Shown here one piece after another: positions 1-9,545 of a stretch of DNA of 64,000 nt (positions are counted from its first letter, which is position 1; each line of letters begins with the position of its first letter). Location of the stretch: positions 948,891-1,012,890 of the forward strand of contig CP011210.1 of the NCBI GenBank assembly GCA_001029675.1, written 5' to 3'. The position numbers and the translations under genes were made by a program. Source of the stretch: Candidatus Beckwithbacteria bacterium GW2011_GWC1_49_16 (GTDB lineage Bacteria > Patescibacteriota > Microgenomatia > UBA1400 > CG1-02-47-37). The notes below the pieces were generated by a model. It was not told the DNA's origin. It searched no databases and was given only the letters and a program-made list of their open reading frames with translations.

Positions 1-1309
1 GGAGGAAGCTTGATAAAGAAATGGCTAAAGCCAGGCCTAAAACCGACAGGTTTAAGGAGTAGACGAACCAAAAGCTTAGCGCCACGTTGGTTAAAACGGC
101 GATCGCTCCCAAAAAAAGCGGGGTTTTGGTGTTGGAGAGGGCGTAAAAGCCGCGGACCAGAATCTGGATGGCGGACTGGGCAAAGACAGAGATGGCAAAC
201 AGGGCCACGACCTGGCCGGTTAACAAAGTCGCCTGCCAGGGAAAGCCTTTGGCGCCGAAGGCGAGCCTTACTGCCGGAACCCTTAAGACTAACAAGATCA
301 TGCTGGCGGGCAAAGATAAATAGAGAACCTGATTTAAGGAAGAGACAAACAGGTCTTTGAATTTATCCAGCGATTTGCTGGTTTGCTGAGACAAGGTGGG
401 CAGGGCGGCTTGGCCGATGGTGGCGCCGAAAAGACCGACGGGTAAGGTGTTTAGGTGCTGGGCAAAGTAAAAGATAGCCAAAGACCCTGAAGCCAAAGAG
501 GTGGCGATAAAGACGGCGACGGTCAGTTCAATTTGGGTGATGGCTAAAGCCAGGGTGCGCGGCAGCATCAGACGGCCGATTCTTTTGACTGCCGGGTGGC
601 GGTAGTCGAAGTTGGGACGATAATAAAAACCAATTTGTTTAATTAAAGGAAGCTGGACTAACAGGTGGAGTAAGGCGCCGATGACCACGCCGATAGCCGG
701 GCCGTAGATGCCAAAAATGGGGCTTAAAACCAGGATGCCGAAGATGATGCCGAGGTTGTAGGCGATGGGAGAAAGCGCCGGAACGAGAAAGTGTTGGTAG
801 GACTGGAGCATGCCGGTGACAAAGTTTGACACCAAAAAGCTACCCTGGGCAATGATTAAAACTCGGGTAAGGTTAACCATTAAAACTAGCTCTCTGGCGG
901 TAAAGGTGGGGGCGATCAGGCGGCTTAAGGGTTCGGCAAACAGGGCCAAGAGCAAACCTAAAACCAAAAAAAGGCTAAAGCTTATGGTGATGACGGCCGA
1001 GGCGACGTGCCAAGCCTTCTTGGGATTTTTGACCAGGTACTGGGAAAAAACCGGAATAAAGGCGGCCGACAAAGCGCCGACGACCAAAAGCTGGAAGATC
1101 ATGTCGGGGAGCCTGAAGGCGGCAAAGTAGACGTCCAGTTGCCAGGCAAGGCCTTCACCAAAAAAAGTGCCGGCCAAAAAGCGGTCGCGCAGCAGTCCTA
1201 AGAGGCGGGAGAAAAAAACTGCCGCCATCAAGACCGAGGCGGCGGAAAGAATGCTGTTTTGTTTGCGGGAAAAAAACGAGTGAGAGTTTTTGAGGAAATT
1301 ATTTACCAT
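1..1309 (-). CDS. murJ: Lipid II flippase MurJ/MviN (3' end runs off the window)
   Basis: Not in the ORF track. Manual translation from ATG at 1309: MVNNFLKNSHSFFSRKQNSILSAASVLMAAVFFSRLLGLLRDRFLA...LDVYFAAFRLPDMIFQLLVVGALSAAFIPVF, the MurJ N-terminal signature (SRxLGxxRD, AFRLP, GAxxAAFIP). Confidence 0.93.
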   Translation of the reverse strand, partial: MVNNFLKNSHSFFSRKQNSILSAASVLMAAVFFSRLLGLLRDRFLAGTFFGEGLAWQLDVYFAAFRLPDMIFQLLVVGALSAAFIPVFSQYLVKNPKKAWHVASAVITISFSLFLVLGLLLALFAEPLSRLIAPTFTARELVLMVNLTRVLIIAQGSFLVSNFVTGMLQSYQHFLVPALSPIAYNLGIIFGILVLSPIFGIYGPAIGVVIGALLHLLVQLPLIKQIGFYYRPNFDYRHPAVKRIGRLMLPRTLALAITQIELTVAVFIATSLASGSLAIFYFAQHLNTLPVGLFGATIGQAALPTLSQQTSKSLDKFKDLFVSSLNQVLYLSLPASMILLVLRVPAVRLAFGAKGFPWQATLLTGQVVALFAISVFAQSAIQILVRGFYALSNTKTPLFLGAIAVLTNVALSFWFVYSLNLSVLGLALAISLSSFL

Positions 1310-1374
1310 GATCAGTGCCCGAGTATAACATGGGGGTTGTCAGACAAACAACCAAAAGGTACAATGCGGGCATT

Positions 1375-1605
1375 ATGCCGATAATTAAGTCAGCCGAAAA
1401 AAAACTGCGATCGGACAAATCAAAAACCAGAGTCAACCAAGCCTACCGCTTAAAGTACCGGGAGGCAGTCAAAGTTGCCCGAGAAAAAAAGACTAAAAAA
1501 GCCATAACCGAGGCGTTTCGGACGCTAGACCGGGCGGCCAAAAGAAAAGTGATCCACAAAAACAAAGCTGACAGGCTAAAATCACGGTTGATGAAGCGGG
1601 CTTGA
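1375..1605 (+). CDS. rpsT: 30S ribosomal protein S20
   Basis: MPIIKSAEKKLR...LDRAAKRKVIHKNKADRLKSRL. Start trimmed to ATG 1375. Confidence 0.96.
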   Translation: MPIIKSAEKKLRSDKSKTRVNQAYRLKYREAVKVAREKKTKKAITEAFRTLDRAAKRKVIHKNKADRLKSRLMKRA

Positions 1606-1625
1606 TACCTCTATACTGGTAGGAG

Positions 1626-2183
1626 ATGACCGCTGCCCGGAAGCTGACTGAGATTAACTTACTCCCCAAAGAGCGCTGGGAGACAGGAGTTTTAGGCAAA
1701 CTACTTAAATGGGCCTTGAATATCGGCCGCTACGTGGTGGTGTTTACGGAACTGGTTGTCATCGGCGCTTTCTTGTACCGGTTTGGGCTGGACCGACAGT
1801 TAACTGATCTTAAAGAGGAAATTGGCCAAAAACAGGCGTTGGTAGAAAGCTTTGGCGACTTTGAGGCTAAGTTTCGGGATTTGCAAGAAAAGTTAAAGAT
1901 AGTCAAAGAGATCGAAGGAGGGCAAGTTAAAGCAGACCAGGTGCTTGACGGGGTGAGCCAGATTACCCCCTTGGATACGGTTTATGACTCAATCTTGATT
2001 GACGAGGAGGGAGTAACCTTGGAAGGCCAGACTTTATCGGAGGTGGGGTTGGCGACACTACTTGCCAAAGCTCAAGGCAGCCAGCTATTTGAAGGCGTGG
2101 CACTAGAGAGTGTCAGTTCGGCGACAGACAACCAAGGGGCAATTGAGTTTAGATTGAAACTTAATTATGAAACTAACAACTAG
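1626..2183 (+). CDS. pilN: Type IV pilus alignment protein, PilN-like
   Basis: N-terminal INLLP motif, one TM helix, coiled coil, ferredoxin-like periplasmic part; followed by a PilO-like gene. Confidence 0.82.
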   Translation: MTAARKLTEINLLPKERWETGVLGKLLKWALNIGRYVVVFTELVVIGAFLYRFGLDRQLTDLKEEIGQKQALVESFGDFEAKFRDLQEKLKIVKEIEGGQVKADQVLDGVSQITPLDTVYDSILIDEEGVTLEGQTLSEVGLATLLAKAQGSQLFEGVALESVSSATDNQGAIEFRLKLNYETNN

Positions 2184-2796
2184 AGTCAACCGCGGCGGCT
2201 ACTCGGCTTACTGGCGCCGCTTAAGAACTTTATCCCAGGCGCCGTCGGCCAAGGTGTCTGGTTTAGTCAGTCTGACGATTTTTACGGTGGCGTTTTTTGG
2301 CTTGTTTGCCATTTTACCCACCTTCCGCACCATTGCCGAACTGACCCGGGAGATCGACGATGCCAAGGCAGTCAACAGCAGTTTAGCCAAAAAAATTAAG
2401 GCGCTGGAAAACGCCGAAGAAGTCTACTCCCAAGCCTTGCCGCGGCTAACGCTGATTGACGCGGTGGTGCCCGGCGGGCCGGAGTTTGACCGCTTGGCTT
2501 GGCAGATTCAATGGTTGGGGGCGGACAGCGGAGTGAACATTACCAGCGGCAGCTTCGGCGGTTTTCCTTTGCTTTCGACCAAAGAAAGCAGCGAGCTTAG
2601 CCAAATCGAGATGGAACTGACGGTGCAGGGCGACTACGGGGCGATTAAAAACTTTTTGGCGGATTTGACCAAGATCGACCGGCTGGTGGCAATAAATGAA
2701 GTTAATATTACCAGTAAGGGCAGCCAAGGAGTTCAGGTAGTAACGGCCAACATTCAGGCTTTGGCGTATTTTTTGCCGGGAGGAGAAAATGATTAG
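2167..2796 (+). CDS. pilO: Type IV pilus alignment protein, PilO-like
   Basis: TM plus coiled coil, and C-terminal 'LTVQGDYGAIKNFLADLTKIDRLV' PilO pattern; overlaps pilN. Confidence 0.82.
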   Translation: MKLTTRVNRGGYSAYWRRLRTLSQAPSAKVSGLVSLTIFTVAFFGLFAILPTFRTIAELTREIDDAKAVNSSLAKKIKALENAEEVYSQALPRLTLIDAVVPGGPEFDRLAWQIQWLGADSGVNITSGSFGGFPLLSTKESSELSQIEMELTVQGDYGAIKNFLADLTKIDRLVAINEVNITSKGSQGVQVVTANIQALAYFLPGGEND

Positions 2797-3130
2797 CGCT
2801 CTCTACGAAAAAAAGCTCAAGCGCGACATCTTTAGGCTGTCGCTGATGACCTTGATCACGGTGGTAATTTGGATCGGGGTAGCCACCTACAGAGCTTTTA
2901 CTAAAAGCCAAGTTGGCGGCAAGATAAAAAGCCAGATTATACCCTTGACGCCTACTCTTGATCTTGACACAATGGAACTTACAGATCAGAGGCTCAAAGT
3001 TGAACCGGTTAACTGGGACAGTCTGCAACCGGTATTTGAGGTGGTGCCGGAAACGGCTGAGCCGGAAGCCTCGCTAAGCGAGGAAGCCTCGCCGAGCGGG
3101 GAAGCCACCGCCAGCGGCTCTCAACTATGA
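2789..3130 (+). CDS. Single-pass membrane protein in the PilP position
   Basis: One TM helix and an acidic tail; overlaps both neighbours. Confidence 0.6.
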   Translation: MISALYEKKLKRDIFRLSLMTLITVVIWIGVATYRAFTKSQVGGKIKSQIIPLTPTLDLDTMELTDQRLKVEPVNWDSLQPVFEVVPETAEPEASLSEEASPSGEATASGSQL

Positions 3131-4449
3131 AAAAATTTGGTTTAAGCAAAATTCACTTTCCTACTGCCCTAGGACTATTAATTTTATTGGTCGCCATTGG
3201 CGTGGGGGTGATGTTGGTAAGGAATCGCACCGGGGTGGACACGGAAGCGGAAGGGTCGCTGACACCCAGACAAGTGAGGATCACCAATGTGGCTGATACC
3301 AGTTTTAGCGTATCCTGGATTACCGATCAGGTGGCAAGCGGCCAGATCCGCTATGGCACCGAAGCCAATTCTTTGACTAAAACCGCGGCCGACGAAAGAG
3401 ACCAGCTATCGGGAGACACGGGCAGTTACGAGGTCCACCAAGTAACCTTGAAAAATCTGACGGCAACAACTGCCTATTACTTCAAGTTGGAGTCTGGCGG
3501 AAAACAGTTTGACAACAACGGCAAACCGTTTGAAGTGGCTACCGGGCCGACCCTGGGTGACCCGCCGGCGGCAGACCCGATTTACGGCACGGTTTTAACC
3601 TCGTCGGGGACGGCGGCAGAAGGAGTTTTGGTTTACATTAATGTCGCCAACGCCGGGCCGCTGTCGGCTTTGGCCAAGGCCAACGGCAACTGGGCTTTGA
3701 ATTTATCGACCGCCAGGACGGCAGATTTAGGCAGTTACTTGGCTTACGACACCCAAGCGACGATCGTCAATTTGTTGGCTCAGGGAGGAAAACTAGGGAC
3801 GGCGACGGCGGTGACCACCGCGGCCAACGACAGCCCGGTGCCGGACATTACTCTCGGCCAGTCTTATGACTTTAGGGCTGACGCTGCCAAAACCCAAGAC
3901 CAAACCGCCGAGCCGTTAACCGGCTTTGAACTGTCGCCGATTGCCACTGGCTCGGCCGCGGCGACTGCCTCGGGTGAAGTAACTTTAGAGAATCCCAGTT
4001 TTGACGGCGAAGTCTTAAACGCCACCCAGCCGGCGTTTATCGGCACCGGGCCGCCGGGAACGGTGTTGACGCTCCTGGTGGAGTCGGAAAATACCTATAC
4101 CGGATCGGCGACTGTCGATGCTAGCGGCGAGTGGGAATTTAGCCCCCCGGCGGGGCTGACCCCGGGCGGGCACACGGTGACGATTTCCTATATCGACGAT
4201 AATGGCGACGAGCAGACGCTCACCCGTAACTTTGTCATCGCCGCCGCCGGCGACAGCGACGAGCCGGCAATCACCGCTACCCCTTCGGGGCAAACGGCGT
4301 CGCCGTCACCCGCGGCCAGAACCGGACTGCCGGCAACGGACTCGGGAGTGCCGGAGCCGGGAACAGGAGAGATAACTTTATTAATGCTGATTATGGGTTT
4401 AGGCTTGCTGGCCGGAGGAGCGGTAGTCAAAAGGATAAATTCGCTGTAA
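3127..4449 (+). CDS. Surface protein with FN3/purple-acid-phosphatase-N-like and Ig-like domains and a C-terminal sorting signal
   Basis: N-terminal TM; 'VRITNV..TSFSVSWITD...H.VTLKNL...T.YYF' FN3 pattern; 'PAFIGTG...VDASGEW...LTPGGHTVT' Ig pattern; VPEPGT-TM-KR tail. Confidence 0.75.
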   Translation: MKKFGLSKIHFPTALGLLILLVAIGVGVMLVRNRTGVDTEAEGSLTPRQVRITNVADTSFSVSWITDQVASGQIRYGTEANSLTKTAADERDQLSGDTGSYEVHQVTLKNLTATTAYYFKLESGGKQFDNNGKPFEVATGPTLGDPPAADPIYGTVLTSSGTAAEGVLVYINVANAGPLSALAKANGNWALNLSTARTADLGSYLAYDTQATIVNLLAQGGKLGTATAVTTAANDSPVPDITLGQSYDFRADAAKTQDQTAEPLTGFELSPIATGSAAATASGEVTLENPSFDGEVLNATQPAFIGTGPPGTVLTLLVESENTYTGSATVDASGEWEFSPPAGLTPGGHTVTISYIDDNGDEQTLTRNFVIAAAGDSDEPAITATPSGQTASPSPAARTGLPATDSGVPEPGTGEITLLMLIMGLGLLAGGAVVKRINSL

Positions 4450-4458
4450 TATGAAAAT

Positions 4459-5910
4459 ATGGATGACAGCCTGCTGACGCCCTCAACACCCCCCGCCACT
4501 CCACCGACTCCGGAAGACGAGCAGAAAAAAATTGACGAGCTGGCCCAAAAACTCCCCAGCGACCTGGAAAAACCTCTGCCACCGCCCAAACCACCGGGTC
4601 CGCCGCCGCCGCCGCCCTTCACTCCACCAGTTGCTGGGCCCCCGCCGCCGCCCGACGATAAACCCCTCTCCGGCGACGCCAACGTCCCGCCGGAAGAACC
4701 GGAGATAAAAAGTCCGGGTAAATTTAACCAGGTCGGCAAAGCAGTCAAAAAACACGGCGTTAAAATCGCCGGCGGAGCTTTGGTGGTGACGCTTTTAATC
4801 GGCGGCGTCATCGTCGGGCAAAATTTGGTCCAGCAGAGACAGGTGGTGGAACAGCAGGCAAAATTAGGATGTGATTTCACTAATAACTGTTCAGGTTGTG
4901 AGGGTTGGGCGCCTGGAGACGGCGAATGTTGCCCTGTAGGACCGCCTGATGCTTGTGATGATCCTGGATCGTTAATATGTATTCCTGACCCATATGTTTC
5001 AGAGTGCGTGGAATATCCCTATGCAGATAAATGTGAGGGGGTAAAGGGCTTTACCGGTTATTATTGGAGGCCTGTTGAGTTTGAGATTGACCCCGAAACC
5101 GATCCTCGGTGTAAAGAAAGTCCGCCGCCGGGAGGTGAAGGAAAACACACTGAATGTCGTAATAATGCCTGCGAGATCGTTGACGGTTCGGGACCAATCG
5201 AGTGTACTAGCAACGCCGATTGTGCTCACCCCTCGCCTTCTCCCTCACCGTCGGCGAGTCCGTCTCCTTCTCCGTCATCTTCACCTTCGCCGCAACCGGA
5301 ATTGGCCTGTGTGGATTTGAGCACCTCACCGGAAGAAAACGCCATTAAGCTCGGGGACTCGGTGACTTTGACCTGTCAAGCCAGCTTCTCCTCGGTCAGC
5401 CCGGTAGCCCAATTCCGCTACCAGGTCGGGGGCGGAGCCTTTGTGGAGGATCCGACTAGCTTCCCGATTGACACCGGCACCGGCCAAGCCACTAAAAACA
5501 TCACCATCGATCAAACTGGCACCTGGTTGGCGCAGTGCCGAGTCTGTACCGATTCAACTGCCGCCAGTTGTACCGGCTGGGGCCAGGCGGATGGTATTGG
5601 CGGCCCTAGTTTGCCGCCCCCACCAGAACCGCCCGGGCCGCCCGTGCCAGAACAAGCCAGCTGCGACTTGAGTTTATCTGCCGGCAGCGTTTCCTGCGGC
5701 GGCGGGTCTTGTAGCGGAACACTGCGCTGGACCAACAATGTGGTAGTTAATATCATCCAGACCAACCGGGTAATCGCCGCCAGCCAACAACCGCCCAGTG
5801 GTTCCAAACAAATTTCCGCCAGGACGGCGGCGGATTTGGCAATCAGCTGCCAAACTACCAACGGACAAACGCTGGATACTTTAAGCCTGTCGGGGCAATT
5901 TAATCTTTAA
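4459..5910 (+). CDS. Pro-rich, Cys-rich single-pass surface protein
   Basis: Poly-Pro N-terminus, TM, Cys-rich region, SPSP linker, Ig-like domain. Confidence 0.7.
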   Translation: MDDSLLTPSTPPATPPTPEDEQKKIDELAQKLPSDLEKPLPPPKPPGPPPPPPFTPPVAGPPPPPDDKPLSGDANVPPEEPEIKSPGKFNQVGKAVKKHGVKIAGGALVVTLLIGGVIVGQNLVQQRQVVEQQAKLGCDFTNNCSGCEGWAPGDGECCPVGPPDACDDPGSLICIPDPYVSECVEYPYADKCEGVKGFTGYYWRPVEFEIDPETDPRCKESPPPGGEGKHTECRNNACEIVDGSGPIECTSNADCAHPSPSPSPSASPSPSPSSSPSPQPELACVDLSTSPEENAIKLGDSVTLTCQASFSSVSPVAQFRYQVGGGAFVEDPTSFPIDTGTGQATKNITIDQTGTWLAQCRVCTDSTAASCTGWGQADGIGGPSLPPPPEPPGPPVPEQASCDLSLSAGSVSCGGGSCSGTLRWTNNVVVNIIQTNRVIAASQQPPSGSKQISARTAADLAISCQTTNGQTLDTLSLSGQFNL

Positions 5911-5919
5911 CTATAAACT

Positions 5920-6828
5920 ATGCCGGAACAACCAATACCAACACCAACGAGCCAACCCCCCGCCGCTAAACCTGCCTCGCCGGCAGGCGGGGCTTCGGCG
6001 GGTAAAGGGGAAAAGAAATGGCTGTTGTGGGGCCTGATTGGCTTTACGGTCATCTTACTTATCACCGCGGTGGTGTTGTTTTTACAGCTAAGAAAACCGG
6101 CGGAAGAACCGGCACCCAGAGTCAGGCCGACGCCGACTCCGGCGATACCGCCGGTTCAGGAAGTAACCGGAGCTGGCGTCTGCGAAACCACCTTCACCGT
6201 CACCGGGCCGACTTGTACCGGAGTGACGATTGATCCAACGGGTACCAGCGTTTCGGCCGGAGATGACCGGGAACTGACGGCAGAGGTAACCGGCGGGTCG
6301 GGGACGTACACCCATGAGTGGACGATTACCAGCGACGGGGCTGATGAGGGAGATTTAAGCTCAACTACCGCCAACCCGACGACCTGGACGGCGCCTGGCA
6401 GCTTAGATGAGTCTCAATCGTGGACGATTACCGATACTATTACCGATGCCGTAGGAGAAGATATTACTACCAGCTGCAGTGTAATTCTAAACTTTACCGG
6501 TTTGGTCGCCTGTTTTGATACCTGTGATACCGACCTAGACTGCGAAGAGGGCCTAAGTTGTACTGATGTGGCCGGTACTTTCCGCTGTGTCGATGCCAAT
6601 TGTCCCGAAGACGTTGATTGTAGTTGTGCCGACGCTTCGCCGTCGCCTTCACCGTCGGTGTCGCCGTCGCCAGGGGTATCTCCCTCGCCTACTCCGCCAG
6701 GCATAACCCAAGCGTCACCGTCGCCGAGAGTGGCTCAACCCGAGCTGCCCGAAGCCGGCTTCTCGGCGCCCTTGGTCATCGGCGTCGCCGGAGGAATTCT
6801 GTTGGTGATACTCGGTCTGTTGTTCTAA
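5920..6828 (+). CDS. Membrane-anchored Ig-like/Cys-rich protein with LPxAG-type C-terminal anchor
   Basis: N-terminal TM, Thr-rich beta domain, Cys cluster (CFDTC..C..C..C..C..CSC), SPSP linker, LPEAG followed by a hydrophobic C-terminus. Confidence 0.7.
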   Translation: MPEQPIPTPTSQPPAAKPASPAGGASAGKGEKKWLLWGLIGFTVILLITAVVLFLQLRKPAEEPAPRVRPTPTPAIPPVQEVTGAGVCETTFTVTGPTCTGVTIDPTGTSVSAGDDRELTAEVTGGSGTYTHEWTITSDGADEGDLSSTTANPTTWTAPGSLDESQSWTITDTITDAVGEDITTSCSVILNFTGLVACFDTCDTDLDCEEGLSCTDVAGTFRCVDANCPEDVDCSCADASPSPSPSVSPSPGVSPSPTPPGITQASPSPRVAQPELPEAGFSAPLVIGVAGGILLVILGLLF

Positions 6829-6829
6829 A

Positions 6830-8068
6830 TTACTTCCAGGTCGGCAGCCAAAACCAATACTTAACCAAGTTTTTGGGGAGATGGACGGCGGTGTTAATTG
6901 GATAGAAGAAAAGAAAAAGAGCTACGACGATAGTCGTGTAGTAGATGATTAGTAGGCGACCTCGCTGGGGCGAGGTTTTTTGAAAGTCAATTAGCGCCCA
7001 GGCAATAATGATGGTAAGTAAGGATAGGGCCGGTAGGTAGTGGTGTAAGAAAAGAATTCTGGGGGAGAAAGACCAAGGCAACCAAAGAAGAAAATAACTG
7101 ACAAGAAGGTAGATCGTTGATCGTTGATGGCGGTAGAGGGCGTAGATCACGGCCACCAGTCCGCCCCAGAAAACGGCCGGGTTGCCCAGGTTATAAATGT
7201 TGGCGATGGTGTCTTTAGCATAGTCGACGTAAAACCAAACGGGACGAGCCAAAAGCGGCCACGTAAGGGCGGCGGTTTGGTAGTCGTGGGTGGCGGAAAG
7301 ACCGGTTTGGTACCAATAGATTTGCTGGTGGAGGTGGTAAAAGTCGATTAAGCTGTGGCCTTGAGCGAAAAACTGAAGGTAGGAAAGAAAGTAAATGACC
7401 ACAGGAATAATCAGTAAACTGTAAACCGTAATCAGTAACTTTTTAGGATTGGTAATTAAAACTTTTAGTTGGGGTAAAAGAAAAACGGCAAAGATGGGGT
7501 AGATGGCTAGGGCGGAGTGCTTGGTGGCAAGAGCCAAGCCGGTAAAGATGCCGGTGAGATAAAGATGTTTTAAGGTCCGACCTTTAAGAGCACGGTAAAA
7601 AAAGGTCAGCGCCAAAAGCATAAAGGTGGTGACGAAGATGTCGTTCATGGTGATTCTGGACATGGTGAGAGCGAGGCCGTCAAGCGAAAAAAAGGCGGCG
7701 GCCAAAAGCGACAGTTTAGGGTTTTTAAACAGGGCCTGGGCGAGAGTAAAAACCGCCGCCACGGCCAGGGTGCCGAAAAGGGCGCTGGGAAACCGCCAGG
7801 CAAAACTGTTATCGCCCAAAAGCTTGACCGAACCTGCCTGGATCAGTTTGGCCAGCGGCGGGTGAAGCCAATCATAAGCCGTCCCCTTTTCGGGGGGCTC
7901 GTGCCACCATTCGTAGCCGGCCGGATTATTTTCAGCGTGAGCCCGGACGGTGACGACATGATAGACTTCGTCAAAAACGTAGGCCGGCGGGATGCCAAGG
8001 CGGAAGACACGGACAACTAGGGTGAAAGTAAGTATTGCCCAAAATGCCTTGGTGTAAAATGACTTCAT
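6830..8068 (-). CDS. Dolichyl/polyprenyl-phosphate-mannose protein O-mannosyltransferase (PMT/GT39 family)
   Basis: FDEVYH, HPPLAK, WRFPSALFG, HDYQT..WP..RP, GNP, FLHHYLP motifs. Start trimmed to ATG 8068. Confidence 0.88.
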   Translation of the reverse strand: MKSFYTKAFWAILTFTLVVRVFRLGIPPAYVFDEVYHVVTVRAHAENNPAGYEWWHEPPEKGTAYDWLHPPLAKLIQAGSVKLLGDNSFAWRFPSALFGTLAVAAVFTLAQALFKNPKLSLLAAAFFSLDGLALTMSRITMNDIFVTTFMLLALTFFYRALKGRTLKHLYLTGIFTGLALATKHSALAIYPIFAVFLLPQLKVLITNPKKLLITVYSLLIIPVVIYFLSYLQFFAQGHSLIDFYHLHQQIYWYQTGLSATHDYQTAALTWPLLARPVWFYVDYAKDTIANIYNLGNPAVFWGGLVAVIYALYRHQRSTIYLLVSYFLLWLPWSFSPRILFLHHYLPALSLLTIIIAWALIDFQKTSPQRGRLLIIYYTTIVVALFLFFYPINTAVHLPKNLVKYWFWLPTWK

Positions 8069-9545
8069 GAGATTTATTGTAGCACTCACGTTTTGGGTAG
8101 TGGTATTTTGGTTAACTTTTAGCCAGACTATGTTCAGGCAAAATGACGGTGTTTTTGGCGCCTGCTCAAACTGCTGGGGCGATTGGTCGGCCCACACCAG
8201 CTACATGGCCTCGTTTGCCTTTGGGCGAAACTTTCCGCCCAGCTTACCGATTTTGGCCGGCGAAAAATTCAGCTATCCCTTTTTAGTGGATTTGATCACG
8301 GCCGGAGTGGTCAAGCTGGGAGTCGACTGGGTGAAAGCAATGGTGGCGGTCAGCTTAGTCACCGCGGTGGGGTTGGCGGGGGCGGTAATAGCTTTTGGCT
8401 GGAAGCTAACCGGTAAGTTTAAAATCGGGGTGGTAACGGCGCTGGTGTTTTTTTTAAACGGCGGCGTGGGCGAGTGGCAAAATCTTATTTCCTCCCAGGT
8501 CGTCCCCCAGCGGGGGCTGGCTCTGGGGATGACCATGGCCATCTGTGTCTACTGGTTGCTGTGGCAAAAGAAACTTTTTTGGGCGGGGGTGGTGGCAGGT
8601 TTGTTGCCGCTGGTTCACGCCCATTCGTTTATGGCGGTAGTCTTGGTGGCGGGGGGGCTAGGGGGCTGGCGAGTGATCAGAGCAAAAAATAAAACCAAGG
8701 AAATTTCAGCCTGGTTGGCTTTTGCTGTCCCGGCGTTGATTCTGGGCGGGGCGCAGGTGAGGTATTTTTACGCCGGGGTCTTGGGCCAAAACTTTGTCAG
8801 GTGGCAACCAGGCTGGCTGGCTGGCGGCGGCCTTTGGGGCTGGGCCTGGTTTTGGCTCAAAAACGCGGGGCTGGTCTTGGTTTTGGCAACAGCAGGCTGG
8901 TGGCTGGCTCCAAAAAATCTCCAGCGTTTTAGCCTGGTATTCTGGGGGTTGTTTTTTCTGGCTAACTTAGTCGTCTTTCAACCTTGGGATTGGGACAACA
9001 CTAAAATGTTGACCCACTGGCATTTAATGGCTTCGGTGCTGGCGGCCGGGGTAATCGTCAGGTTTTTTGACCATAAACGCTGGTTGGTAAAAATCTTAGG
9101 AGTGGGGGTGTTGGTTGCCAGTGTTTGGTTTGGATCGGTTAAGGTCGTGGCCATTGCCAAAGGGGAAAATCAGTATCGCTTTTGGGATAAAAACCAAATC
9201 GAAGCCGCGGCTTGGGTCAAAGACAATACCCCTCCCCGAGCAGTGTTTTTGACCGCTTCAAACCATGATCACTGGCTGCTTCCACTCACCGGCAGAAAAA
9301 TCGTCATCGGTTACCCGGGCTGGCTGTGGACTTACGGGCTTAACTACAGTCAGCGGGAAAAAGAAGTCGGAGAAATTTTTGGCGGCGGACAGACGGCAGA
9401 CAGCCTAATGGACAAATACCGGGTCGACTACGTCGTTTTAGGGCCGGAAGAAAAAAGACTCGACTCTATCAACCAGGAATATTTCCAAACCAAGTTGACT
9501 GAAGTTTACCAGCTTGAGGACTACCAAGTCTTTGCGGTCAACTAA
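8067..9545 (+). CDS. Multi-pass GT-C-like glycosyltransferase
   Basis: WGDWSAH...YPFLVD, QRG, H.HSF, PWDWDNTK and C-terminal 'LTGR..VIGYPGWLWTYG' periplasmic domain. Confidence 0.65.
   Translation: MRFIVALTFWVVVFWLTFSQTMFRQNDGVFGACSNCWGDWSAHTSYMASFAFGRNFPPSLPILAGEKFSYPFLVDLITAGVVKLGVDWVKAMVAVSLVTAVGLAGAVIAFGWKLTGKFKIGVVTALVFFLNGGVGEWQNLISSQVVPQRGLALGMTMAICVYWLLWQKKLFWAGVVAGLLPLVHAHSFMAVVLVAGGLGGWRVIRAKNKTKEISAWLAFAVPALILGGAQVRYFYAGVLGQNFVRWQPGWLAGGGLWGWAWFWLKNAGLVLVLATAGWWLAPKNLQRFSLVFWGLFFLANLVVFQPWDWDNTKMLTHWHLMASVLAAGVIVRFFDHKRWLVKILGVGVLVASVWFGSVKVVAIAKGENQYRFWDKNQIEAAAWVKDNTPPRAVFLTASNHDHWLLPLTGRKIVIGYPGWLWTYGLNYSQREKEVGEIFGGGQTADSLMDKYRVDYVVLGPEEKRLDSINQEYFQTKLTEVYQLEDYQVFAVN

Noticed and set aside
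4480-4700. Poly-proline CCG/CCA runs (also 42450-42610) as DNA repeats
   Set aside because: Low-complexity protein linkers with mixed synonymous codons, not discrete DNA elements.
4459-6828. Diversity-generating retroelement target in the Cys-rich proteins
   Set aside because: No reverse transcriptase and no template/variable repeat pair differing at adenines was seen in the window.
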